Source: Corynebacterium glutamicum ATCC 13032 (GTDB lineage Bacteria > Actinomycetota > Actinomycetes > Mycobacteriales > Mycobacteriaceae). Taken from it: a DNA stretch of 32,000 nt. The notes under the pieces are model-generated. The model saw nothing but the letters and a program-made list of their open reading frames with translations. It was not told the DNA's origin and did no database searches. The stretch's first letter is position 1, and every line of letters starts with the position of its first letter. The DNA is taken from positions 2,250,001-2,282,000 of the forward strand of contig NC_003450.3 of NCBI RefSeq assembly GCF_000011325.1, written 5' to 3'. Below are positions 9,408 to 18,298 of the stretch, piece by piece. The translations under genes and the position numbers were made by a program.

Positions 9408-9418
9408 GGAATTTTCTT

Positions 9419-10000
9419 CTAAAAATTAGTACCCGAAGTATCGACTGGTCGAATACCGAAACTGCCCCACGCCGCGTCAGGTGGCAGGGTTTCGACACTA
9501 TAAACCAGCGAGCTCTCGGACAACACACGAACTTTCTGAGGAATATCCCAAACCACTACCCCGTTGAGTTCGCCCGGCGCGCGGACGTTGCCGATACCGG
9601 ATAACTGGGCGTCGACAAGCTTTATTTGACGGTTAAAAACATCTTCACGGGTCTCGCCTGCGATGGGTTCGGGTAGATCCATGGCAGGAGCCGAGAGCAT
9701 AACCATGGCATTGACGCGACCGACTCCTTTAAGAAGGTTAGAGGCCTCGGAAGGCGAAAGCGGCTGTGTGAACGTCACCAGTGAATAGGCTTCTTCGCCG
9801 ACCGCGGCATTTTCCAATGATTCCGATGCCCGCTGACGGTACTCGACGGAAGTTTCCGTGTTGTCTTGGCCGAGCATGTCACCGTTGAGCTGCATGGGTT
9901 TCGCGGTGCGGTCGCTGAAACTCAAGATCGCAACCACGACAACCAATGCGAGAATTGCTAGGAGGGCGACGATGCGTCGCCCTTTATCGACACCATCCAT
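9419..10000 (-). CDS. Hypothetical single-pass membrane protein with an extracytoplasmic domain
   Basis: The 193-aa protein has an N-terminal TM helix (IVALLAILALVVVVAILSF). Its ATG overlaps the rluD stop by 1 nt (TAATG). Its composition matches the core genome. Confidence 0.6.
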   Translation of the reverse strand: MDGVDKGRRIVALLAILALVVVVAILSFSDRTAKPMQLNGDMLGQDNTETSVEYRQRASESLENAAVGEEAYSLVTFTQPLSPSEASNLLKGVGRVNAMVMLSAPAMDLPEPIAGETREDVFNRQIKLVDAQLSGIGNVRAPGELNGVVVWDIPQKVRVLSESSLVYSVETLPPDAAWGSFGIRPVDTSGTNF

Positions 10001-10932
10001 TATTGCTCGCGGAGAACGTCTAAAGCGTGTTGGAGATCAGTTGGATATGGGGAGACGATTTCCATCCATCGGCCATCTGCTGGGTGGTTGAATCCAAGCG
10101 AGACGGCGTGCAGCCACTGACGGTTAAGGCCAAGGCGCTCGGACAACGCAGGATCAGAGCCGTACATGGGGTCGCCACAGCATGGGTGGTGCAGCGCGGA
10201 GAAATGCACGCGGATCTGGTGGGTGCGGCCAGTTTCCAGGTGGATTTTCAGCAGGGTTGCCTCTTGGAAGGCCTCCAGGGTTTCGTAGTGTGTGACGGCG
10301 TGTTTGCCTTCAGTTGTTACTGCGAAACGCCAACCTGCTGAGGGGTGGCGGCCGATCGGTGCTTCGATGGTTCCGGTCAGCGGATCAGGGTGGCCTTGCA
10401 CCAACGCGTGGTAGGTCTTGTCCACGGTGCGGTCCCGGAAAGCGCGCTTGAGCACGGTGTATCCACGTTCAGAGGCAGCAACCACCATCACGCCAGACGT
10501 GCCAACGTCAAGGCGCTGCACAATACCCTTGCGCTCTGGTGGGCCGGAGGTGGAAATGCGGAAACCTGCAGCTGCAAGTCCGCCCACCACAGTTGGGCCT
10601 TCCCAACCCACGGTGGGATGTGCCGCCACGCCGACGGGTTTGTTGACTGCGATGACATCGTCATCAGAGTACAAAATATCCAGGCCGGGAACGATTTCTT
10701 CCTTGGGCATCAACGGAGCTGCTGGTTCAGGCAGCAAGACATCCAGCATGGAATCGGCAACGAGCCGCTCGCTTTTACCTACCACAGCCCCATCAACGCT
10801 GACATCGCCGGCGGTGGCGAGTTCTGCAGCTACGGTGCGTGAAATTCCCAGCAACTTGGACAGTGCTGCGTCCACACGCATGCCTGCCAGTCCTTCTGGT
10901 ACGGGAAGGGTTCTGCTTTGTCGGTTGTTCAT
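10000..10932 (-). CDS. rluD: RluA/RluD-family 23S rRNA pseudouridine synthase
   Basis: It has an N-terminal S4-like segment, the catalytic motif [14 protein letters not shown], and the HQIRVH motif. Confidence 0.9.
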   Translation of the reverse strand: MNNRQSRTLPVPEGLAGMRVDAALSKLLGISRTVAAELATAGDVSVDGAVVGKSERLVADSMLDVLLPEPAAPLMPKEEIVPGLDILYSDDDVIAVNKPVGVAAHPTVGWEGPTVVGGLAAAGFRISTSGPPERKGIVQRLDVGTSGVMVVAASERGYTVLKRAFRDRTVDKTYHALVQGHPDPLTGTIEAPIGRHPSAGWRFAVTTEGKHAVTHYETLEAFQEATLLKIHLETGRTHQIRVHFSALHHPCCGDPMYGSDPALSERLGLNRQWLHAVSLGFNHPADGRWMEIVSPYPTDLQHALDVLREQ

Positions 10933-11513
10933 CAGGCCTCATCCTTCTCGTCAGTTGCTTTGGCATGCTGGGCGTTTTCACGGTCCTCAAGGAACATTCC
11001 GATCAGGAACACCACGACGCCGCAAGAAATCGAGGCATCGGCGATATTAAATACTGCAAAGTTTCCTACGGAGATGTAATCAACAACATGTCCGAAGAAG
11101 AAGGAAGGATCTCTGAACAACCGGTCCAACACGTTTCCCAAGGCTCCACCGGCAACAAGGGCAAGTCCTGCCGCGATCCACTTGTGTTTGATGCGTGGGG
11201 CATAAATTGCGATACCGATGACGAAGCTCAACTGGATGGTTGTAAAGATCCAGGTGCTGTTTTCCCCACCCATCGAAAATGCGGCTCCGGGGTTAAACAG
11301 GAGGTAGAAGCGGAACCAATCCCCAATGATGGGAACGGGAACGCCAGGTTCCAACCAACTAAGCATAATCTGCTTGACTATTTGGTCTAGGGACGCAATC
11401 ACCACAACGATGGCGGCCATCAAGGCAACCACCTGTTTAACGGTTGTCCTCTTTTCTTTCTTACTCATGGGGGTCACGTTTGCCCCTGCATCCTTTGAGG
11501 TCACGTTGACCAT
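10932..11513 (-). CDS. lspA: Lipoprotein signal peptidase II
   Basis: The motifs [17 protein letters not shown] and FNIADASI are typical of LspA. The start is uncertain. The track ORF begins at a TTG (11552) with no SD, and ATG candidates lie at 11513 and 11468. Its stop overlaps the rluD ATG by 1 nt (TGATG). Confidence 0.88.
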   Translation of the reverse strand: MVNVTSKDAGANVTPMSKKEKRTTVKQVVALMAAIVVVIASLDQIVKQIMLSWLEPGVPVPIIGDWFRFYLLFNPGAAFSMGGENSTWIFTTIQLSFVIGIAIYAPRIKHKWIAAGLALVAGGALGNVLDRLFRDPSFFFGHVVDYISVGNFAVFNIADASISCGVVVFLIGMFLEDRENAQHAKATDEKDEA

Positions 11514-11688
11514 CTTTCCCCATGAGCGGTAGAAACTTCCACCCAGGCTCAATTAAGGGTGAAAGGTGATCTTTAATTCAGCGCTGGTTTTTACACAGTT
11601 GCAGCAAAAATTCGGCCATTCCGATTGCTTTTGACAGCTAAACTTTGCATTTGTTCTTTTTGGCGCCGATGCCGATAGGTTTAAAGGC

Positions 11689-12693
11689 GTGCTAAAACGA
11701 TTCTCTCACCACTCCAGCCCGCAAGTTCTTTCACGGAAAGTTGTCGCGTCCGCATTAGCTTTAACAACCGCGCTGGCTTTAGCCGCGTGTAGTTCCTCAG
11801 CCGAGCCGGACTCCCCTGAAGTTGAGCAGGCGGTGGGTCTTGCGGTGGATACGCCACGTGTGGTGGTTGTGGATCCAGGCACTGGCGATTTGCAGCGCTT
11901 GCAATACAAAGACATCGCCCCTGATGCCACACAGGAACAGACCATCAATATTGCTGAAGGTTTTGCCCAATCGGTGGTGAATGCGGACAGCGTGGATCCG
12001 CAGGCACCAGCCGGTGGCGATGTCACCACATTCCACCTTCCTGTTAAAGCCACCACCGAGGAAGCGGAGTTCAGCGATCAGGAAATGGTGAGCGCGACTC
12101 GCGATATCTCTCTACTTTTCGGTAAACCTACCTACACCGATCTTTCCCAAGTTGAAGATGTGAATTCCACCGAGGGATTCACGCTGGGAATCCGCGCAAC
12201 AGATAGTGGACAGCACACCACCTTAAGTTTCGCAGCCCCTGTTGATTCCACTGAAACTGGTCGCATGCTCATGGAGCAATACTTACTCACGTTTACGTCC
12301 CTTCCCATTGTGTTCCCCTCTGACGATATTGGCGTGGGCGCGAAGTGGACTGTGGATAGCCGTGTGACAGGCGAATCAACGCTGCTACAAACCGTGACCT
12401 ACACGATCACAGGGATCGACGGCGACAAAGTAAACCTCGATGTGGAAGTCTCTCAGCGCCCCAGCATGGGTGCGTTGGAGATCACCGATGAAGAATCGGA
12501 CGAGACCACCGGGCAGCTCACTGTCCTTAATTCCAACACCACCTCCGTGGGCACCTTGGAAGTCGATCTGACTCAGCCTTTACCCACGTCAGGACAGGTT
12601 TCTTGGACCACTCGCGTGATTTACGGCGGTTCCAATGAGCAGGTGCGTGTGGTGCAGGATTCCACCTCTTCGGTGAGCTTCGGAGACCAGTAA
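11689..12693 (+). CDS. Secreted lipoprotein of unknown function
   Basis: The gene has a GTG start and a signal peptide ending in the lipobox LAAC followed by SSS. The mature 300-aa domain has no motif I recognise. Confidence 0.68.
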   Translation: MLKRFSHHSSPQVLSRKVVASALALTTALALAACSSSAEPDSPEVEQAVGLAVDTPRVVVVDPGTGDLQRLQYKDIAPDATQEQTINIAEGFAQSVVNADSVDPQAPAGGDVTTFHLPVKATTEEAEFSDQEMVSATRDISLLFGKPTYTDLSQVEDVNSTEGFTLGIRATDSGQHTTLSFAAPVDSTETGRMLMEQYLLTFTSLPIVFPSDDIGVGAKWTVDSRVTGESTLLQTVTYTITGIDGDKVNLDVEVSQRPSMGALEITDEESDETTGQLTVLNSNTTSVGTLEVDLTQPLPTSGQVSWTTRVIYGGSNEQVRVVQDSTSSVSFGDQ

Positions 12694-12798
12694 TTTACCA
12701 ATTAGGGTTGCCAAAATCCCCAACTGTGGTTCATACTTGTCTGCATGGATCTTCAATAGTCAAAACCAGCAAACTAATTTTTTAAGTTTTACGTAACT

Positions 12799-12830
12799 GG
12801 CCCCACCGCTTGTGGCAGGCCTTGCGTTTT
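12799..12830 (+). terminator. Hairpin plus T-rich tail between the lipoprotein gene and the ABC-F gene (terminator or attenuator)
   Basis: GGCCCCAC-CGCTT-GTGG(CA)GGCC forms an 8-bp stem with a 2-nt bulge and is followed by TTGCGTTTTG. It ends 20 nt before the ABC-F ATG. Confidence 0.35.
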
Positions 12831-12850
12831 GACATTGAAGGACCCTTTTT

Positions 12851-14503
12851 ATGCGCACTTTTGCCGCTTATATTGCCATTGATGGCCTCAGCTTTTCCTA
12901 CCCCAACACCCACGTTTTAAGCGATATTTCGCTCACCGTTGCCAATGGCGATATCGCCGGACTGATTGGTGAAAACGGCGCAGGAAAATCCACCCTGCTC
13001 AGCCTCATCGCTGGCGTCATGGAACCCGACCAGGGCAGGATTTACCTCCCCGAACGCACCGGATTCATCGCCCAAGAAACAGACTTACCGTTTGAACAAC
13101 CCGTGCAGTCGCTTATCGACGCCGCCGTCGCCCCAGTGCGCGCGGTCGATGCCGCGATTACAGATTTGTCCACCAAGCTTGGCGACGCCTCCCTCAGCGC
13201 CGAAGAGCAGGCGCAAGTCGCCACAGATTTCGATGCAGCGCTAGGCGCTGCAGAAGAACTCGGACTGTGGGAATTAGATGCACGTATTGAAACCATCGTC
13301 GCGGGTCTCGGCCTTGCCGAGGTGGATCGCAGCACTCCCATTGGTGAGCTTTCCGGCGGTCAGCGCCGCAGATTCGCATTGGCAGCGCTGCTGTTGGAAC
13401 CACACGATGCTCTGATTTTCGATGAGCCCACCAACCACCTCGACGACACAGCCGTAGATTTCCTCATCTCGGAGATTTCCCGTTTCAAAGGTCCAGTGCT
13501 GATCGCCAGCCACGATCGCTTCTTCCTCGACTCCGTCTGTACCGAGTTAATCGACCTCGATCCTGCACTTGGACCTGAGGGCGGATCCGGCGAAGAAGTA
13601 AAACAAGCCGTGTCTTTTGGTGGTGGATTTTCTGAATACATCAAAGAACGCGAGACCCGCCGCACCCGCTGGGCTCAGTTGTACACCGCACAAGAAACCG
13701 AGCGGGAAAAACTCGAAGAAACCACCGGCACCACCGAATCGGATATTTTCCACAGCTCGGTTTCCAAATCGGAAGCTAAAATCACCGCGAAATTTTACGC
13801 AGACCGGGCAGCTAAAACTCAAGGCAACCGCGTCCGCTCCGCCAAAAACCGCCTGAAGGAATTGGAACGCTATGAAATCCCAGCACCTCCAAAGCCACTG
13901 GAATTCCAAGGCATCCCAGAAGCCTCCGGAAACGGTCACGGTGAAACACTAGAAGTGCGGGCTATTGCTGTGGAAAACAGGCTTCAACCCTTGACTTTCC
14001 ACATCGATCCCGGCGACCACATCCTGGTCGAAGGCCCCAACGGTGTCGGTAAATCCACCCTGCTGAGCGTTCTGGAAGGCGTGCTTGAACCAACCGAAGG
14101 TGAATTGATCGTCCCCGAAGGGCTGAAAGTTGCGCGCCTGAAACAGGACGATCAGTGGACGGAAAAGCAGTTGAACACCCCCGTCGACGAACTGTTCGCC
14201 GCCCTATCGAAAGGTCCGGTCGGACTCAACCTCGTGGAGATGGGGCTGTTGAGGGAGACGTCGCAAAGCAGCCCGCTACGGGCCCTATCGCTCGGCCAAC
14301 GCCGGCGCGTCTCGCTCGGGCTCATCCTGGCGAGCCCACCAGATCTTTTGCTTCTTGACGAGCCCACCAACCACCTCTCCCTCGCGCTGAGCGAAGAACT
14401 CGAGTCGGCGATAGAAAAATTCCCCGGTCGCGTTATTCTGGCCAGCCACGATAGGTGGATCAGAAAACGTTGGACGGGGAAGAAAATCAGCCTGAGCCGT
14501 TAA
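12851..14503 (+). CDS. ABC-F family ATPase (two fused ABC domains, no TMD)
   Basis: The first domain has Walker A GENGAGKST, signature LSGGQRRR and Walker B LIFDEPTNHLD. The second has GPNGVGKST, LSLGQRRR and LLLDEPTNHLS. A basic linker of about 80-90 aa (RETRRTRWAQLY...NRLKELE) separates the two domains. A good SD (GAAGGA) lies 9 nt upstream of the ATG. Confidence 0.92.
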   Translation: MRTFAAYIAIDGLSFSYPNTHVLSDISLTVANGDIAGLIGENGAGKSTLLSLIAGVMEPDQGRIYLPERTGFIAQETDLPFEQPVQSLIDAAVAPVRAVDAAITDLSTKLGDASLSAEEQAQVATDFDAALGAAEELGLWELDARIETIVAGLGLAEVDRSTPIGELSGGQRRRFALAALLLEPHDALIFDEPTNHLDDTAVDFLISEISRFKGPVLIASHDRFFLDSVCTELIDLDPALGPEGGSGEEVKQAVSFGGGFSEYIKERETRRTRWAQLYTAQETEREKLEETTGTTESDIFHSSVSKSEAKITAKFYADRAAKTQGNRVRSAKNRLKELERYEIPAPPKPLEFQGIPEASGNGHGETLEVRAIAVENRLQPLTFHIDPGDHILVEGPNGVGKSTLLSVLEGVLEPTEGELIVPEGLKVARLKQDDQWTEKQLNTPVDELFAALSKGPVGLNLVEMGLLRETSQSSPLRALSLGQRRRVSLGLILASPPDLLLLDEPTNHLSLALSEELESAIEKFPGRVILASHDRWIRKRWTGKKISLSR

Positions 14504-14506
14504 ACC

Positions 14507-15109
14507 CTACTGAACAGGAACCTCTTCAACAGGGGCTTCCTCAACAACAGCACCCTCTTCAGCTGGGGCCTCTTCAATACCAGCGGAAGAAGCATCAGTT
14601 CCAACACACATTGCAGGAACCTGCTCAGGAGCAACAGTATTGGTGATCAAGATACAAGCCCAATCCTGGGACAGCTGCCAATTACCATCAGTGTTCACAA
14701 ACTCCACGCCTTCAGCTTCCTGCTCAGCGCGGTCCGGAAGCTGGAACATGACGGTGGTCAGAACCTCAGAGGTTGGGTCATAGCCAGGAAGCACAGAACC
14801 AACAACCTGGAACTCAGCACCCGACTCCACCTTTGCCTGAGTCATGGTCTCAAACAGCTCAGGAGCGTTCTCAGAACCCTGAACAGTCTTCACCTTCTCC
14901 TCGATTGGTGCCTCAGGGTCGGTTGCCACAGCCAAAATTGCATTCAGTTCCTCAGCAGTTGGGTACTGAGTCGCAGCATCAGACGCAGCCGAAGAGGTGG
15001 AAGAAGAGGTGCTTGACTCCGAAGAGGAATCATCACTGCTGGAGCACGCGCTGAGCGCCAATGCTGCTGCAACAGTAAAAGTAACTGCGGTTGCCTTGAA
15101 AAGCTTCAC
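14507..15109 (-). CDS. Secreted lipoprotein with a Ser-rich linker and an acidic EEAP/VEE tail
   Basis: The signal peptide ends in the lipobox LSAC. It is followed by a low-complexity SSSDDSSSESSTSSSTSS segment. The C-terminus is the repeat EEAPAEEGAVVEEAPVEEVPVQ. Confidence 0.72.
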   Translation of the reverse strand: MKLFKATAVTFTVAAALALSACSSSDDSSSESSTSSSTSSAASDAATQYPTAEELNAILAVATDPEAPIEEKVKTVQGSENAPELFETMTQAKVESGAEFQVVGSVLPGYDPTSEVLTTVMFQLPDRAEQEAEGVEFVNTDGNWQLSQDWACILITNTVAPEQVPAMCVGTDASSAGIEEAPAEEGAVVEEAPVEEVPVQ

Positions 15110-15420
15110 GATGAAAATGATCCTTTGCTCTAATCTCTGGTCACCAAATATCTATCAGCATTCGACAGCTACCCATTCTATGGAACCGACGATGGATGAT
15201 CTCGTGCCTCATCCCCACACTAAATGCACCCAGTTTAGGTTATCTGCACAATTTAGGCGTGCGCCTTCTGCATGCGACTTAGGTGTGCGACGTTTTCAAT
15301 GACTTTCCCACCAAAGGGTACACGTGATTCATTTGTGACCAACAACCGAAACTGAGCCAGAAGACTGTCAATCCCCTGCTGTGCACATAACAACTGCAGC
15401 TAGTTGATACGCTAGAGCGC

Positions 15421-16398
15421 ATGTCGAAGCAGCACTCCACACCATTAAACAATGATGAAGAACACACTTCCGCTCCTCAAAAGGTTGCGGTAATCACCAC
15501 GGGCGGAACCATCGCCTGTACTTCCGACGCAAATGGGCATCTGCTTCCCACCGTCAGCGGTGCAGACCTGCTTGCGCCAATCGCACCACGGTTCAATGGA
15601 GCGCAGATCGCTTTCGAAATCCACGAAATCAACCGCCTTGATTCCTCCTCCATGACGTTTGAGGATCTCGATTCCATCATCGCCACGGTTCATAAGGTGT
15701 TGGAGGATCCGGATGTTGTTGGCGTAGTAGTTACCCACGGCACCGATTCCATGGAAGAGTCCGCCATCGCCGTAGACACCTTCCTTGATGATCCCCGCCC
15801 AGTCATTTTCACCGGCGCCCAAAAACCCTTCGATCATCCCGAAGCCGACGGCCCAAACAACCTTTTCGAAGCCTGCCTCATCGCATCCGACCCCTCCGCT
15901 CGCGGAATTGGTGCACTCATTGTCTTCGGTCACGCCGTCATCCCTGCTCGCGGCTGCGTTAAATGGCACACCTCTGATGAGCTGGCGTTTGCAACCAACG
16001 GCCCTGAAGAACCAGAGCGCCCCGATGCGCTGCCCGTAGCTAAATTGGCGGATGTCTCTGTCGAAATCATCCCCGCATACCCTGGTGCCACCGGCGCAAT
16101 GGTGGAAGCTGCCATCGCTGCCGGTGCTCAAGGACTTGTAGTGGAAGCAATGGGATCAGGCAATGTTGGTTCCCGCATGGGTGATGCCCTAGGTAAAGCA
16201 CTTGACGCTGGAATTCCCGTGGTGATGAGCACTAGGGTTCCTCGTGGTGAAGTATCCGGAGTGTATGGCGGTGCAGGTGGAGGTGCGACTTTGGCTGCGA
16301 AGGGCGCTGTGGGATCTCGCTACTTCAGAGCTGGTCAGGCACGTATTTTGCTCGCGATTGCCATTGCGACGGGCGCACATCCGGTGACGCTTTACTAA
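15421..16398 (+). CDS. ansA: L-asparaginase
   Basis: The catalytic motifs VITTGGTIA and THGTDSMEESA are present, and the 325-aa length fits. There is no SD. TACGCT lies 7 nt upstream of the ATG, so the mRNA is possibly leaderless. Confidence 0.9.
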   Translation: MSKQHSTPLNNDEEHTSAPQKVAVITTGGTIACTSDANGHLLPTVSGADLLAPIAPRFNGAQIAFEIHEINRLDSSSMTFEDLDSIIATVHKVLEDPDVVGVVVTHGTDSMEESAIAVDTFLDDPRPVIFTGAQKPFDHPEADGPNNLFEACLIASDPSARGIGALIVFGHAVIPARGCVKWHTSDELAFATNGPEEPERPDALPVAKLADVSVEIIPAYPGATGAMVEAAIAAGAQGLVVEAMGSGNVGSRMGDALGKALDAGIPVVMSTRVPRGEVSGVYGGAGGGATLAAKGAVGSRYFRAGQARILLAIAIATGAHPVTLY

Positions 16399-16894
16399 TT
16401 TCGCCCTTGGTCTTGCATTAGGTTGGGCAGTGAAGACCCCTTTGGCTCGAGAAGGCGATTTAAAGGGTCGGATTTTCACATGGACCTTTGGTGTGGATGG
16501 GGTGCATTCAGGCGCTTAAAAGTGATTCTGAAAGGGCTCTATTTTGTTACCAGGATGACAGGTGTGATTCCTGTGGATGCGCTAATCAAGAACTCGTCAC
16601 GGACCTGTGGCCAGACCATTAAATCGAACGAATTTTTGCATATCCCCCTCGAATTAGCGCAAATTTTCGATCAGAATTGGCCTCTCACGCCGGACTGAGG
16701 ACGGATTTTTGCAACCCACCTCCCCTTAGGGCCCAACGGGGATTTCTGAATGTTTGCCGAGGTTCTATGGCAAGGATCCACCACAAACTGCCACCTTTCG
16801 GCAGCAATTTGTGGTGAATATTAGAACATTCTTTCCCTTTGCGTCTATTCATGGGCAACCACCGCCCAAAAGCACCCCGAAACCCGATGAAACC

Positions 16895-18298
16895 CTATTC
16901 GTCATCCCCCGTTTCACCATTTTCAGCAAACCAGTCAGCCCAATCCAAACTATCTAGAGGGTCTGCCGGGGTGAGGTCCGGGTCATCCATGGAAAAACTT
17001 TTAGTTCGCCCTTTTGTGGTGCTGCGGGTTTCAAAACGTACTGATACAACACCGTGACCGGCACCTTGTACCCAACCGTGGCCATATTCTGGGTGGTAGA
17101 CATCTTGCGTTGCGCACCACATACTCAACGCGACATCTTGCGGCGCTTCAACTTGAGTACTTTCGGAACTAGAAGAGGATTGCACGCCTACCTCATAATC
17201 GGTGTCGGGTGCTGGTGGTACGATGATTTGTTGGTCAAGTTCCGGGAAGAGGATGTCTTGGCGGGATTCTTCCAAACCAGAAAAACTTACTCCGACAAGG
17301 CGGATGGGGCCTACTTCTCCGGGGTAGCGGGCAAGTCGGAATGCTGTTGCCTCAAGAGTTGCGTAATCATCGGTGGCATAGGACAAGGTGTAGGAACGAG
17401 ACTCAATACGAAAGTCGGCCATCCGCAGTTTCACGCTGACAGTTCTGGCACCGCGTCCGTCTTTGAGGAGCCGTCGGTGTGCGCCTTCGGCTGATCGAAT
17501 GATGGCAGCATCTACTTGTTGCCTGGTGAGGAGGTCTTTTTCATAGGTGTGCTCTTGGGAGATCTGTTTTGCTTCGGCGCGGGGTTCCACAGGGCGGTCG
17601 TCGATTCCTCGGGCAAGGTTCCACAGTGATATTCCGATGGTTGCACCGAGGCTGATTTCTACTTCTTTTTGGGTTAGCGCTGCTAGATCACCAATTGTTT
17701 CCACCCCCATTGAGGCAAGCTTGGAGCCTGTCACAGGACCCACTCCCCAAAGTGCGCCCACAGGAAGTGGATCAAGCAAGTCATGTTGCTTGTCTACTGG
17801 CACGACAAACACACCATCTGGCTTTGCTTCGCCTGAACCAATTTTGGCGATCTGCTTACCGGAGCCAGCACCAACCGAGGAGGGTAAGCCAGTAACTTCT
17901 TTAATTTCCGCGCGTAATTCTTCCGCCCACTGTTTCACCTCTTCTGGGGTGGCTCCAACGAGAGCCTCTGGTTCCATGAAGCCTTCATCGATGCTGAGGC
18001 GTTCGACAATTCCGGCGCGTTTTTCCACGATTTGGAACACCCGGCGCGAGGCTGCGGAGTAAACGATATGACGGGGTGTCACCACCACTGCCCCAAAACC
18101 TACTCGGGCTTTGGCTTGGTGCATGGGCATCGCTGAGCGGGCGCCAAATTTTCTGGCTTCATAGGATGCTCCGGCGACAACTCCCCTACCGGAGACTCCA
18201 CCGACCAAGACGGGGCGGCCTCTTAAAGTGGGCCGGGTCAGTTGTTCGCAGGATGCGAAGAAGGCATCCATATCGATGTGAAGCACCCAGCGTTGCAT
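16895..18298 (-). CDS. dinB: Y-family DNA polymerase IV with a ~120-aa C-terminal extension
   Basis: The N-terminus MQRWVLHIDMDAFFASCEQ and LSIDEGF are Y-family catalytic motifs. The start is taken at the ATG at 18298. The track ORF extends to 18349 and would add 17 non-conserved residues. Confidence 0.9.
   Translation of the reverse strand: MQRWVLHIDMDAFFASCEQLTRPTLRGRPVLVGGVSGRGVVAGASYEARKFGARSAMPMHQAKARVGFGAVVVTPRHIVYSAASRRVFQIVEKRAGIVERLSIDEGFMEPEALVGATPEEVKQWAEELRAEIKEVTGLPSSVGAGSGKQIAKIGSGEAKPDGVFVVPVDKQHDLLDPLPVGALWGVGPVTGSKLASMGVETIGDLAALTQKEVEISLGATIGISLWNLARGIDDRPVEPRAEAKQISQEHTYEKDLLTRQQVDAAIIRSAEGAHRRLLKDGRGARTVSVKLRMADFRIESRSYTLSYATDDYATLEATAFRLARYPGEVGPIRLVGVSFSGLEESRQDILFPELDQQIIVPPAPDTDYEVGVQSSSSSESTQVEAPQDVALSMWCATQDVYHPEYGHGWVQGAGHGVVSVRFETRSTTKGRTKSFSMDDPDLTPADPLDSLDWADWFAENGETGDDE

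Noticed and set aside
1941-9418. I considered whether the low-GC block is a prophage, IS element or integrative island.
   Set aside because: I could find no integrase, transposase, phage genes, tRNA target or terminal inverted or direct repeats. It is reported only as a compositional and accessory anomaly, not as a mobile element.
12745-12759. A mini-ORF (MDLQ-stop) could be a leader peptide for the ABC-F gene.
   Set aside because: It has no SD or other start signal. A 4-codon ORF is expected by chance in 150 bp. It is mentioned in the ABC-F finding only as a low-probability idea.
16423-16698. A 91-aa TTG-start ORF lies in the ansA-dinB gap.
   Set aside because: It has no SD, an odd composition (W/C/R-rich) and no motif I recognise. 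The region is kept only as an unexplained non-coding gap.
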